Assembly (NCBI GenBank): GCA_002269645.1
Contig: NIVC01001723.1
Span: 25,844 to 89,843 of the forward strand
Origin: Macrostomum lignano
Lineage: Eukaryota
Length of the DNA stretch: 64,000 nt
Direction of reading: 5' to 3'
A program made the translations under genes and the position numbers. The notes below the pieces were generated by a model. The model saw nothing but the letters and a program-made list of their open reading frames with translations, did no database searches and was not told the DNA's origin. Below, piece after piece: positions 1-11,721 of this stretch (position 1 is the stretch's first letter; each line of letters begins with the position of its first letter).

Positions 1-222
1 AGTTCAGTCTCTGCTGTAAGACCAGGTGCGCTTGTTCTTATTTTGCATTTCTACCCTCTGTTTAATTGCCTTAGCGACGGCTGTTACTAACGCACTAGGC
101 ACTACTATGCTCCCTACCGTTTTCTACCTGACTACAAACGCAGTTTTTTATACACCTTTTTGCTAGTCTATTTATTATTATTGTCTTTGTAATTGAGTTG
201 CTGTGCTAATTTGTCCATTTTT

Positions 223-823
223 GTTTTACATATCAGGATAATGCCTACTTACAGTAGTTTCCCCTTGCAAAGTTGGCCTAGATTGGTTGCATTCAGCTGT
301 TTTACATATCAGGATAATGCCTACTTACTGTAGTTTCCCCTTGCAAAGTTGGCCTAGATTGGTTGCATTCAGCTGTTTTACATATCAGGATAATGCCTAC
401 TTACAGTAGTTTCCCCTTGCAAAGTTGGCCTAGATTGGTTGCATTCAGCTGTTTTACATATCAGGATAATGCCTACTTACAGTAGTTTCCCCTTGCAAAG
501 TTGGCCTAGATTGGTTGCATTCAGCTGTTTTACATATCAGGATAATGCCTACTTACAGTAGTTTCCCCTTGCAAAGTTGGCCTAGATTGGTTGCATTCAG
601 CTGTTTTACATATCAGGATAATGCCTACTTACTGTAGTTTCCCCTTGCAAAGTTGGCCTAGATTGGTTGCATTCAGCTGTTTTACATATCAGGATAATGC
701 CTACTTACTGTAGTTTCCCCTTGCAAAGTTGGCCTAGATTGGTTGCATTCAGCTGTTTTACATATCAGGATAATGCCTACTTACAGTAGTTTCCCCTTGC
801 AAAGTTGGCCTAGATTGGTTGCA
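223..823. repeat. Tandem repeat, 76-bp unit, about 8 copies
   Basis: Unit GTTTTACATATCAGGATAATGCC...CATTCAGCT starts at 223 and 299 and recurs to about 823; copies are near-identical with no spacers. Confidence 0.95.
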
Positions 824-1226
824 GTTTAGACTATTTATTTATTATTTAATTACCTTGCTTATTTATATAAGCGCCGCGATATTTTTGTTACTACATAGTT
901 CTTTTATTTTGTTTGAAGTGCGTGTGGAATCAAAGTCGCATGCCATATCGTGGATTAATTAGTTTTTAAAGAATTTTTTAATACTTGGGTATAAAATAAA
1001 TAAAAATATCGCTATTAATAAATTTGAATTTCGAGGTTCTATAATAATCCAGCCAATTTTTATTTATTTTTTCCAAAAATCTTTTTTTAAGTATAATATA
1101 AAAATAAGAGTAAAAATCGAGTCGGGTTTCAGTAGAGCCGATCGGGATGTGAATTAAGATATTTCTAAGTTGGATTTTGTGCTATAATTTTTTTATTCGT
1201 CATATTTCTCATGTTCCAGTTAATTT

Positions 1227-2210
1227 ATGCGCGGCAATCATCAGAGTGCTGGGCCTGGTCGCAACTCTGCTAGTTACCATAGCAACCAGGGCAACAGAGA
1301 CGGCGTCAGTAACTACCATGGCAACGTAGCTGGCGTCAGTCGTTACCATGGTAACAAAGGTGGCGGTAATCGTTACTATGGCAACAGAGGCGGTGTCAGT
1401 GGATATCATGGCAACGGAGGCTTTGTTTCTCGTTACCATGGCAACCGAGGTGGCAGAATTTCATTGCCAAATTCTGACCAGGACAAGCGAAGCTTTCTGC
1501 AACAGCTCGGCTCCAGTGCCAACCCCACCAGCAGCAGTAGTTTCCATGGCAACCGAGCAGCTTCAAATCCAACGCAGGCGGAGACTGCGGCTGCGGCATA
1601 CGCAGATTTTAACTCCAATCGAATCTGGCAGCTGTTCGTTGAGAAACGTCAGACCGACGCCACCTACGCCAAGAAGCTGCTGCTGAGAGACACTCTACAG
1701 TCGATTGTGTCGCCGACATTTCAGTCGGCTGGCATTTTCATTGTCGGTTCGTCGCTGAACGGATTCGGCACGAATAGCACGGATCTGGATCTCTGCTTGA
1801 TGCTTACCAGTCAGGAGCTGCATCAGAAACGGGAGGCTGCGGCTGTGCTCACAATGATGCTTAAGCCGCTAAGGCAGTGCAGATTTCTCAACAGTGTCCA
1901 GCTGATTCACGCTAAGGTAAGCACATCGTTTAAAGTGCACAAACTCGAAATTTTACAGGATTGTGTCAAAACAGTTTGACTGTTTGTGTGTCGAATTTGA
2001 ATCGGATTTGTAAAATTGCAGCAACGCTTTCGAAGATCTAGTAAAAAATTGCACCTTTTTGGCAGTTCTTTGTACTTTTAGGTATCCTGCTTGAGTTTTG
2101 TAACTTTTAATTAGCCTAAAAAATTGTAGTGAGTTTAGGGTGGGAGGAAAATTTGGAGTCATTTGGCTGAGCGGTTTGGGAGTCCATAGCGAACAGGCAG
2201 ACAGACAGAC

Positions 2211-2286
<76 letters not shown>

Positions 2287-5200
2287 GAAGTTAAGCAAAT
2301 AAGCAGCATTAATTATACATGGAATTATTTATAGTTGAAAATGAAAGATGTTCGCCGAAGTGAAGCTAGTTAATCTCAAGGCCTCTACATTACAAAGCTG
2401 AACAGCTATACTCATTTGGCTCATTTACAGGTTTGAGGTTTTCAGCTAGTCAATCGATATTTTAAGTAAAAAATCACCCAATCTGGCACAGAAAAATGTA
2501 TAAGAACGCATAAATGTTAAGATACATTCGTTTTACTTGACACTACTAAAGAGGTTTTCTAGCTGAATTCGGAAATAACTTGAAGCTATAGCCAACACTA
2601 ATCGTATTTTAAAAAATTGACAAAAATTGGAGTACAGAGAATTTGTCAAGATTTAACAGTTTTATGAGCCATTTGAACCAATCACTGCTTTCGGAGCTTC
2701 TGTACTTCATTGAAGAATTTGCTCTTCAGCTTCAGAACTGGCCAGTCTTTCAGAGCCGGCTCATCCCGCTTGCTTAAGTTGCTGCAAGGCTTGCAGACCT
2801 GGCACCTTGCCTCCTGATTCTTCGAGCATCCTGGGAAAAGCGCGTCTGAATGCTGCCTCCTCTTCTGCTAACCAGTTAACATGCAACTGCTTCACTTTCT
2901 TCACAGAGTTGCCACTTCTTTTTATTTCAGCAGGAGGCTTATAAAGAAAGTCCTCACTTTCAGAATCAGTAGGCTTTAAGTGATAGAGGTGCGCTTAAGC
3001 CTTTAATGCAAGCTCATCGGATTGTTGCACTGGATTTTCGTTCTCCTTAAGTGATAGAGGTGCGCTTAAGCCTTTAGTGCGCAAAGATGATCAAGGTCAT
3101 CGGATTGTTGCACTGGATTTTCGTTCTCCTTAAGTGATAGAGGTGCGCTTAAGCCTTTAGTGCGCAAAGATGATCAAGGTCATCGGATTGTTGCACTGGA
3201 TTTTCGTTCTCCTTAAGTGATAGAGGTGCGCTTAAGCCTTTAGTGCGCAAAGATGATCAAGGTCATCGGATTGTTGCACTGGATTTTCGTTCTCCTTAAG
3301 TGATAGAGGTGTGCCAAGATGATCAAGCTCATCGGATTGTTGCACTGGATTTTCGTTCTCCTTAAGTGATAGAGGTGCGCAAAGATGATCAAGCTCGTCG
3401 GATTGTTGCACTGGATTTTCGTTCTCCTTAAGTGATAGAGGTGCGCAAAGATGATCAAGCTCGTCGGATTGTTGCACTGGATTTTCGTTCTCCTTAAGTG
3501 ATAGAGGTGCGCAAAGATGATCAAGCTCGTCGGATTGTTGCACTGGATTTTCGTTCTCCTTAAGTGATAGAGGTGCGCAAAGATGATCAAGCTCGTCGGA
3601 TTGTTGCACTGGATTTTCGTTCTCCTTAAGTGATAGAGGTGCGCAAAGATGATCAAGCTCGTCGGATTGTTGCACTGGATTTTCGTTCTCCTTAAGTGAT
3701 AGAGGTAAATATAAAAGAATGATAGAATGATAAAAGAATCCCTCCGATTCTTTTAAGTCGGCATCAGTGTCGTTAATCTTTATTTCTTCCAGCGTTTTGC
3801 CTTTCAGTTGCCCCAGCTTTCCTGCCTCGATCGCCAACATGAGTTTGCCCAACTCGATCGATCCGACCCAGCTCGATCGTTCTTATGTAAACGATAAAAA
3901 GTGTAATGCACCTTGATCATACATGCGCAACCTTGGGAATCACCCGGCCGTTTCTATTGGCAACACACACATGTAAGTCGCTATTGGCTGAGAGCAGTCA
4001 CGTGACTACTATTCCGTCCAATAGCGACTTACATGTGTGTGTTGCCAATAGAAACGGCCGAGTGAATCCCAAGGTTGCGCCCAAGCATGACCTTGATGCT
4101 ATGGTCCAGGTGCCTCGAAAGCCAGCCTAATTCATTCTCATTCAGCTCCAGCACTTGGGACGCAGTTGCAACATACTTTCGTAACTTTGTCGAAGTTAGT
4201 CACTCAGGATGCCTTAGCTCTTGGCAGGATGAGACAACGTTTTGAATGGCTTCAAAAAGAGACATGTACCACAGGCCATTCAGCTGACTAAAGACGTATT
4301 CGTTTTTTTCGGGACAAGGACGAGCGCTGATAAGACCATCAATTAGCAGACCGACTTCTGTAGGCACGAGTAGAGGCACAGGATTTTCCGCTCGCTTTCC
4401 ACGAACCTGTGGAAGTAACATTCGGTCTTTTATTTGTTATCACCGAGAACAGTTTGTGTCGTGTCGTCATTTTCATTTTGTTTGACCTTTTTGCGGCCTC
4501 CCAGTTCTGTAAAGTCAATCAAAAAGTTTCAGAAGGTCGTCTTCTATTAAAAATCATGAGTCGAACTGCAATAAGTTCAGCTGCCTTTTTCCATAATGCA
4601 GGCTCAGCCAAATCTTGAATTCTCTGCTCACTTAACGAGTGCTTGAGAAAGTATGTAATAGTCTTGATATCTTCCGTCAGAGGCAAAGTGTCATATTTGT
4701 CCGACTTTCTCTCCTTCAGTGTTAAAAGTGCAATGGTGGATACCTTTCGCTTCCAAATGCTTTCAAAGACAGATAGTTATAAAGTTACGTCTTTCCTCGA
4801 CTTTAGTGGGAAGATCAGCCTTTAAAGCGGAGACTAACGAAATTTCTGCAGCAGTTTTTAAATGAAAGCCTATTTTCAAAGCTATGGATGGAACGTCAAG
4901 CTATATGAAGTTGCATCTGTCTGCTTTCTAAAAAAACCTGCTACTTGCTTTGTCGCGACAACAAGATCATCGAAGTTTGCAGCAGTTAAAATATTCTCCA
5001 GATTAATTGACGGCTGACTCACACGTTTTCTGTGAGCAATTAATAAACGAGCAAGCTCCCTCATTTTGGTTGTTACTATTTATCAGTCTGTCTTTCCTGC
5101 TGTGTAGCTTTCGAACCATTTTTTCATCTTGGTTAATAAATCTTGATAGTCTTTAGGATATTGCGATGGAAGACAAAAAGAAAGTAGTAAGCAGCGACCT

Positions 5201-8200
5201 TGTGAGGCTGGATCTGACCGACACGTAGCTTCAGACACTGGTTTGTATCGGCAGCGGCTCCAGTGTCGGCTGATCTCTCGTCCGTCAAAAAATCCGAAGC
5301 AGTGTATGCTCGGAATGTAGTCATTCGAGTCTTCAGGTCTGCGACCATCGGTTCTTTCCCGGCAGACAATGATTCCTCCATCCTTCTCCTTCTTGAGTAC
5401 GGCAATGTTGTGAGCAAAGTCACCAAGAAGACGCAGTCTGTCCATTGCCATGTTGTAACCTGTAATAAGGAGGTGTATGGATTGACAGGATTAGGAAAGG
5501 AGGAAGATAGTCACTTCTTGTACTCGTATTTCCAGTGAATATTTTAACCCCTTAAAGTTGAAATTTACGAGCATTTACTTTCGAGAAAATATGCGTAATT
5601 TAATACAAAAGCATAATCATATATACATCGGAATTTAAGAGAACTATAGCAGCTAAAAAGACGTTTAGTTTATCTATATAGAAAACACAACGAGTCTTAA
5701 GAGCATGAATTACGCGACTGTTACCTGGTCAGTGAATCTTGTTTGTCAGACAGGAAAACAAACAAGATAACAAACAGGATAACACGATGTTTCCCTGCAG
5801 GATTCGCATGAATTACCCGACTGTTACCTGGTCAGTGAATCTTGTTTGTCAGACCTAGGATAACAAACAAGATAACAAACAGGATAACATGATGTTTCCC
5901 TGCAGGATTCGCATGAATTACCTGACTGTTACCTGATCAGTGAATCCTATTTGAATCTTGTTTGAAGCAAGGAAACGTAAGATTTCGTCTCGCAAACAGG
6001 ATTCATACAAGATAAACATTTTGCATAACCGGAATAGAGCATGTTATCTTGTTTGAGCGAATGTTATCTTGTGGTGTTATCTGGTTTATTTACCAGAGGG
6101 TTACCTTCAGAATTTGCTACATGTGAAAGAGCTCGCTGTACATCTAGTTCAGAGCCATGAACATGAGTAGTATGCCGACGGATTTTCGACAACAACTGGT
6201 TGCAGAAAAAAGCAGTTATGGCGCTTCTTCTCGAAAGAGCGAACTACTGGCTTCATAGCAGCCGGATACTCTTCATTACTGCAAGCATAAACAAAATCTT
6301 TTAGCGAAGGATGCAAATCACTATCGAAGTAAGACAATGGATGAAGCTCGATATCACTAAATCAATAATACTCTCAGCCTCTGAGACGTCAGCTACGCTA
6401 CATTCAGCCGTGAAGTATCCGTCCATACATTTTTCTGAAATTCTGCAATTAAAAAATGCCTCGGTATCACTATCATCTTCGTCCGTCGCATCCAAATCAA
6501 CCTTCTGCGTTCAACTACTGCAACAAGGACGAGATGGCGCACATCTAGCAGAAATGGGCGGACTTCGACGGGAATATGATGCGGCATTTCCACAATTAGC
6601 AACGAATTTCTAAGTCGGTCTTTGGTCATCAACGCCGCTCTTAGTCGGTCTCTGGCTATCAGAGCCGATCTTAGTCGGTCTCTGGCTATCAGAGCCGATC
6701 TTAGTCGGTCTCTGGCTATCAGAGCCGCTCTTAGTCGGTCTCTAACTATCAGAGCCGATCTTAGTCGGTCTCTGGCTATCAGCGCCGCTCCTAGTCGGTC
6801 TCTGGCTATCAGAGCCGCTCTTAGTCGGTCTCTGGCTATCAGAGCCGCTCTTAGTCGGTCTCTAACTATCAGCGCCGCTCCTAGTCGGTCTCTGGCTATC
6901 AGAGCCGCTCTTAGTCGGTCTCTGGCTATCAGAGCCGATCTTAGTCGGTTTCTGGCTATCAGAGCCGCTCTTAGTCGGTCTCTAACTATCAGAGCCGATC
7001 TTAGTCGGTCTCTGGCTATCAGAGCCGCTCTTAGTCGGTCTCTGGCTATCAGCGCCGATCTTAGTCGGTCGCCGTTTGTCAGAAAGATGTTTGGAGGCAA
7101 GCATACCGGACGCTTTCTTCATAAATTTCTCTTCACTAGTTCGTAGATTAATGGCTTTGAGCGCTTCGGCCTTGCTCACGTTTTTTACTGATCGAAATGG
7201 CAGTCTTCGGCTCAGCCTCAGCATCGTCTTGGAGATCCGAAGAGGCCGCTGCTACCATCGGGACCGTGACGTCGCTTGTCATCTATGGAGAAAGTACAGT
7301 TTGTCAGGGTTGTCAGTCAGAACGTGAACGCGTACATACATTGCTGGCAGCTTCGGAAGGGTTTAGGTGGACCCACCCTAACACTTTCTCTACCCATTTA
7401 GACTCATTAGACAACATACACTCCTTGACAGTGTAGAGAGGGTTTTGCTGGACTCACCCCAATACCCAGTTGGACTTATCAGTCAACATAGACTCTTTAC
7501 TGTAGAGAGGGTTTAGCTGGACCCACCCCAACACTTTTCTGAACCCATTTTCATTTATCAGCCAACATACACTCCTGACAGTGTATACAGGGTTTAGCTG
7601 GACCCACCCAACACTTTTCTAAACCCAGTTTCATTTATCAGCCAACATACACTCCTGACAGTGTATACAGGGTTTAGCTGGACCCACCCAACACTTTTCT
7701 AAACCCAGTTTCATTTATCAGCCAACATAAACTCCTGATAGTGTAGACAGGGTTTACATGTCTGTCTGTCTGTCTGTCTGTGGGTTCGGACCCACCCAAC
7801 ACTTTTCTAAACCCAGTTAGACTTGTCTGCTAACATATTCCTGACAGTGTAGAGAGGGCTTAGCTGCTAGAAATTCGCATTTTCCTACCTTTTTCTCGTT
7901 TTTTCCTTTGCAGCATTTTTTAAAGCATTTTTCTGTAAAGTTAATAAGGGTAGGTTTTGTGAGCGATTTTATAAATATCTTTAGCTTATAGATCCTTTAA
8001 ATGTGAAACAGAACTCACCACAAGTCGAGTGCTTAGATTGCAGTACTGCCGGGGGTATGTCTCTTTTCGGTTCCCAAGTATTGCTCATGCTAGAATATTA
8101 AATACTAGCTGTGATTTTTTACTTAAAACTGACTTATGAAATACACTTGCAATAGCAGAATAGTGATGCGTCTCGAAACTTACCTTGAATATCTCTTCCA

Positions 8201-10221
8201 CTTTACAAAGACCTTCTTTGCGGTGCACTTCACAATGCGCTCCACATAGTACGCTTTAGCCGTATTGGCGTGAATTTTTAAATTGCTGTTCGGCATTGCG
8301 TAGTTTGGAGCATACGCTGTACAATGATGTACCTACGTACAACAATAGGATATACTCAGTCTATGTAGCAGCTTTTGTAATCCAAGCGTATATTGGATAA
8401 ATAAGAAAAAGTATCAACACGAAGCCGATGCCAAGGAAGCATTGGGAAAATTGTCTTGTTTTTCTGGCTCTATTTATAAGATGGTTTATCTGGACCCCGA
8501 ATTAATTCTGCCTCATCTTTCTCCTGGACCAATAGGATTCGCTCGGGATGGTGTGGGTGAATGGGGGACTGCACATAAGGGAAGGGCCTGGCCTTAGCCC
8601 GTACATCTTCCACTCTTCAGTTTCGATTTGCTCGCCATGAGTGTATGTGGTTTAGCTGGACCCTAACTTTATTGAACCTTAAGAACCAGTAAAATCATTT
8701 GGGGAAGGGTTAGGGGTCAAGTTCGATGGAGTGGAGAGTTAGGTTTTAACACAAACCCTCAGTCATGTTGCTCTATATAGATATATACTCATATATATAT
8801 ATAGCATGTATGTATATATGTATTGATGTATACATGATGTATTGATGTATACATCAATATACGTATCTCGTAGACAGGATACGGAGTGAGTGATCTTGGT
8901 TTCCGTTCTCTTATTTGAATAGATAATTGAAGTTTTTGAAGGACACCATTCAAATCAGGAATAATCAGAAATAAGCTACGAATGGAGGCATCCCGTCCAG
9001 TAGCAACAATTAATGCTAATCCCCTATTTGACGCCAGCATGGCTAACAGCAACACATATTTCTAAACTATACATAAATTCTGCAGTTCCATTGATCTATA
9101 TTGGTTCTATAGCATAAAAATACTTTTCCCACGTTCTATTTCCAAAGCACTATATCACAAAAAAAATTTAATAAAACTTTATTTGACTTACAAAGTGTCT
9201 GTTAAACATACGCTTTGTATGTCTATTTTTATATGTCTTCGGGTTAAGTGGACCTCAGCCACGTAATTTACATAGACTATGTAAAAAGTCCACGTAAACT
9301 GAAATGCTTATAATTTCGATACGCTAATACTTCCAGTAGTAAATTTTCACACACAGTGTCAATACAATACAGAATCAACAAAAGAACTGAAAGCTTCGAA
9401 ACCTAGATTAAAAAAAAGAAAAAAAAGAAAGAACTGAAACCTAGATTATAAAATACGTGGATATCTTGCTGTTTTCAATACTACTCATAGTAATTATGAT
9501 ACTAATCAGCATTCTGTTAACGCACTTTCCCTGACTTCAGGTGCCAATTATTAAGTTTCGCGACACTGTCAGTCAACTAGACTGCGACCTGAACATCAAC
9601 AATCCCATCGGTATTTACAACACGCACCTCATGGCCGCATACGCCAAATGCGACTGGCGCGTCCGGCCCCTTGTGATGTTCGTGAAGCTGTGGGCGCAGT
9701 CGCTGGGGGTGCAGGACGCCAGTCAGGGCCGGCTGTCAAGCTACAGTCTGGCACTGATGACAGTGCAGTACCTGCAGGCTGGCTGCAGTCCCCCTGTGCT
9801 GTACAGTCTGCAGTCCTTGTATCCTCAGGTGTTCGACTACAACAGGCCGTACACAGAGATTGACATGCGAGTGCAGTTGCCATGGGAGGAGTTGAGGTCG
9901 CAGAACTGCCAGAATTTGGGCCAACTGTTTTCCGGATTCGTGCAGTACTATTCGGAATTCGACTGGCGCGGCTTCAGCGTGAGCGTGAGGCTGGGCAAGC
10001 CGCTGCCAATCCAGCTGGCATACAGACTGGTGCCTGCTCAAGAGCTGCAGGGTGCTATGAAATTTAAGATCTACATCGAGGAGCCGTTCTCCCTGACCAA
10101 CGCTGCCAGATCCGTCCACAGAGACGAAGTGTTCGCCCAGATTCAGCGAGCGTTTCGCGTCACCGCCCAGTCGTTGCGCAATCAGCGCAGCCTCTCCGAC
10201 ATCTTGAATAATCCAGTGTGA
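1227..10221 (+). CDS. GLD2: GLD-2/TENT2-type non-canonical poly(A) polymerase, copy 1; join(1227..1916,9541..10221), about 456 aa
   Basis: Has GSSLNGFG-x4-DLD, third Asp in LDCDLNINN, and DASQGRLSSYSL. The motif IEEPFSLTNAARSV has GLD-2 spacing, without the TUTase His insertion. Donor AAG|GTAAGC and acceptor TTCAG|GTG are both phase 0. Confidence 0.9.
1273..1553. promoter_or_regulatory. Cluster of RFX X-box-like palindromes inside the coding exon
   Basis: GTTACCATAGCAAC 1273, GTTACCATGGTAAC 1342, GTTACTATGGCAAC 1372, GTTACCATGGCAAC 1432 and GTTTCCATGGCAAC 1540 fit GTYNCY-AT-RGNAAC; partial sites at 1312 and 1402. Function is unproven. Confidence 0.4.
2194..2285. repeat. (GACA)n microsatellite
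   Basis: Direct reading; intronic. Confidence 0.95.
2973..3707. repeat. 66-bp tandem repeat (22-aa unit LSLKENENPVQQSDELDHLCAP) in the recombinase C-terminal region
   Basis: CTTAAGTGAT recurs at 3361 and 3427; open on the minus strand in ORF 3232..3852. Confidence 0.9.
3918..4089. mobile_element. 172-bp hairpin MITE, hAT-type (8-bp TSD)
   Basis: TSD ACCTTGAT at 3910-3917 and 4090-4097. Termini CAT...ATG with inverted arms of about 70 bp (3918-3987 vs 4018-4089). Removing it restores HSIKVHYTFY. Confidence 0.85.
5703..5960. repeat. About 104-bp tandem repeat, 2.5 copies, within an intron of the recombinase element
   Basis: GCATGAATTAC..ACTGTTACCTG recurs at about 5703, 5806 and 5910. Confidence 0.8.
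6625..7070. repeat. 30-bp tandem repeat, about 15 copies, inside the recombinase element
   Basis: AGAGCCGCTCTTAGTCGGTCTCTGGCTATC recurs every 30 bp; the repeat explains the overlapping ORFs on both strands. Confidence 0.95.
7365..7865. repeat. About 80-bp tandem repeat, about 6 copies
   Basis: GGGTTTAGCTGGACCCACCCAACAC at 7590 and 7670; lies in a predicted minus-strand intron. Confidence 0.85.
7889..8296 (-). CDS. Chromodomain-encoding exons: join(complement 8296..8184, 8089..8019, 7932..7889); probably the 5' end of the recombinase element gene
   Basis: Spliced translation MPNSNLKIHANTAKAYYVERIVKCTAKKVFVKWKRYS-S-MSNTWEPKRDIPPAVLQSKHSTC-E-KCFKKCCKGKNEKK. Donors GTAAGT, GTGAGT, GTAGGA; acceptors TTCTAG, TTACAG; phases 2/1/0 are consistent. 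Y-x-VE..VKW-x2-Y..NTWEP is the chromodomain signature. Confidence 0.8.
8471..8478 (-). promoter_or_regulatory. Possible TATA box for the chromodomain/recombinase gene
   Basis: TATAAATA on the minus strand about 175 bp upstream of the ATG at 8296, with a CCAAT near 8528. Motif match only. Confidence 0.25.
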
Positions 10222-10530
10222 ATTGTGAAGTCCAGTGTAACAAATACGTACCAGTTGGGATAATTGATCAGATGCATTTTATTGTGTAAATTCTTTTAAT
10301 TACTTTGTGAATAAATGGATACCCTGCATTGACTTATTTTCGAAGCCTTCGTTTTTTCTTGAGTCTTGAATTTATGGCTTTTTACTAGTACATGACGCAG
10401 TTACTTGTTACAACGCTCGTATACCAGCTAATTTTTTTTTATAAATTATGTAGCCATTTGCAAATAGAACATTATGAGCAGTGCACAAGTTTATTGAACC
10501 TGTGAAGCTCGTCCGTGTTCTCTGTAGTAA

Positions 10531-11530
10531 TGACTCTCAGATTATTACTGCTGTGACTCTCAGATGCTTACTGCTGTGACTCTCAGATTATTACTGCTGT
10601 GACTCTCAGATTCTTACTGCTGTGACTCTCAGATTATTACTGCTGTGACTCTCAGATTCTTACTGCTGTGACTCTCAGATTATTACTGCTGTGACTCTCA
10701 GATTCTTACTGCTGTGACTCTCAGATTATTACTGCTGTGACTCTCAGATTATTACTGTTGTGACTCTCAGATTATTACTGTTGTGACTCTCAGATTATTA
10801 CTGTTGTGACTCTCAGATTCTTACTGCTGTGACTCTCAGATTATTACTGCTGTGACTCTCAGATTATTACTGCTGTGACTCTCAGATTATTACTGTTGTG
10901 ACTCTCAGATTATTACTGTTGTGACTCTCAGATTATTACTGCTGTGACTCTCAGATGCTTACTGCTGTGACTCTCAGATTATTACTGCTGTGACTCTCAG
11001 ATGCTTACTGCTGTGACTCTCAGATGCTTACTGCTGTGACTCTCAGATGCTTACTGCTGTGACTCTCAGATGCTTACTGTTGTGACCTGTGACTCTCAGA
11101 TGCTTACTGTTGTGACTCTTAGATGCTTACTGCTGTGACTCTCAGATGCTTACTGTTGTGACCTGTGACTCTCAGATGCTTACTGTTGTGACTCTCAGAT
11201 GCTTACTGCTGTGACTCTCAGATGATTACTGTTGTGACTCTCAGATGCTTACTGTTGTGACTCTCAGATTATTACTGTTGTGACTCTCAGATTATTACTG
11301 TTGTGACTCTCAGATTATTACTGCTGTGACTCTCAGATGCTTACTGCTGTGACTCTCATCTTTGATCTCTCAGATGCTTACTGTTGTGACTCTCAGATGC
11401 TTACTGCTGTGACTCTCAGATGCTTACTGTTGTGACCTGTGACTCAGATGCTTACTGCTGTGACTCTCAGATGATTACTGCTGTGACTCTCAGATGCTTA
11501 CTGCTGTGACTCTCAGATGCTTACTGTTGT
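10531..11530. repeat. 23-bp minisatellite, about 43 copies, between the two GLD-2 genes
   Basis: GTGACTCTCAGATTATTACTGCT with variants; period from 10576 and 10599. Confidence 0.95.
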
Positions 11531-11721
11531 TAATTTTAGGTGTGCACTGCTGTCATTATTAACTTTATTGCTTTTTGGTCTCAAAGATACCAATGGCCCC
11601 TAGTGCTTATAAGCAAAACTATTCACGCGTACAAGCGAGTTGAAAATCAACACAGTTCTTTACATGGAGTAAATTTTACCCAGTTTGTGCACCGCATTGC
11701 AGCCAGCCAGCTGGCCACCAG

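Larger units (their letters stand above)
2650..8300 (-). mobile_element. Decayed intron-containing tyrosine-recombinase (Crypton-type) element, antisense in GLD-2 copy 1 intron
   Basis: Collinear minus-strand motifs: NCFFCNQLLSKIRRH (~6200), LLGDFAHNIAVLK...DYIPSIHCFGF (5451-5290), KMRELARLL...NFDDLV (5064), LMIFNRRRPSE (~4560-4525), VRGKRAENPVPLL (~4410), LTSTKLRKYVATASQVL, HLDHSIKV/HYTFYRL (4110/3900), KLMLAIEAG..KGKTLEEI, and C-terminal W..EEEAAF...KVPG...EPAL..W..LK (~2880-2700). Several stops, frameshifts and a MITE insertion. Ends not defined. Confidence 0.85.

Noticed and set aside
223-823. CRISPR-like appearance of the 76-bp repeat (also 14850-15325 and 10531-11530)
   Set aside because: Head-to-tail units with no unique spacers and no cas genes, in a spliced eukaryotic context.
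6393-7146. Long ORFs on both strands (ARDRLRAALI / AIRAALSRSL)
   Set aside because: Products of the 30-bp repeat; these frames do not join the recombinase motifs.
10531-11530. AP-1-like TGACTC in every repeat unit
   Set aside because: The sequence is TGACTCT, not TGACTCA; no other support.
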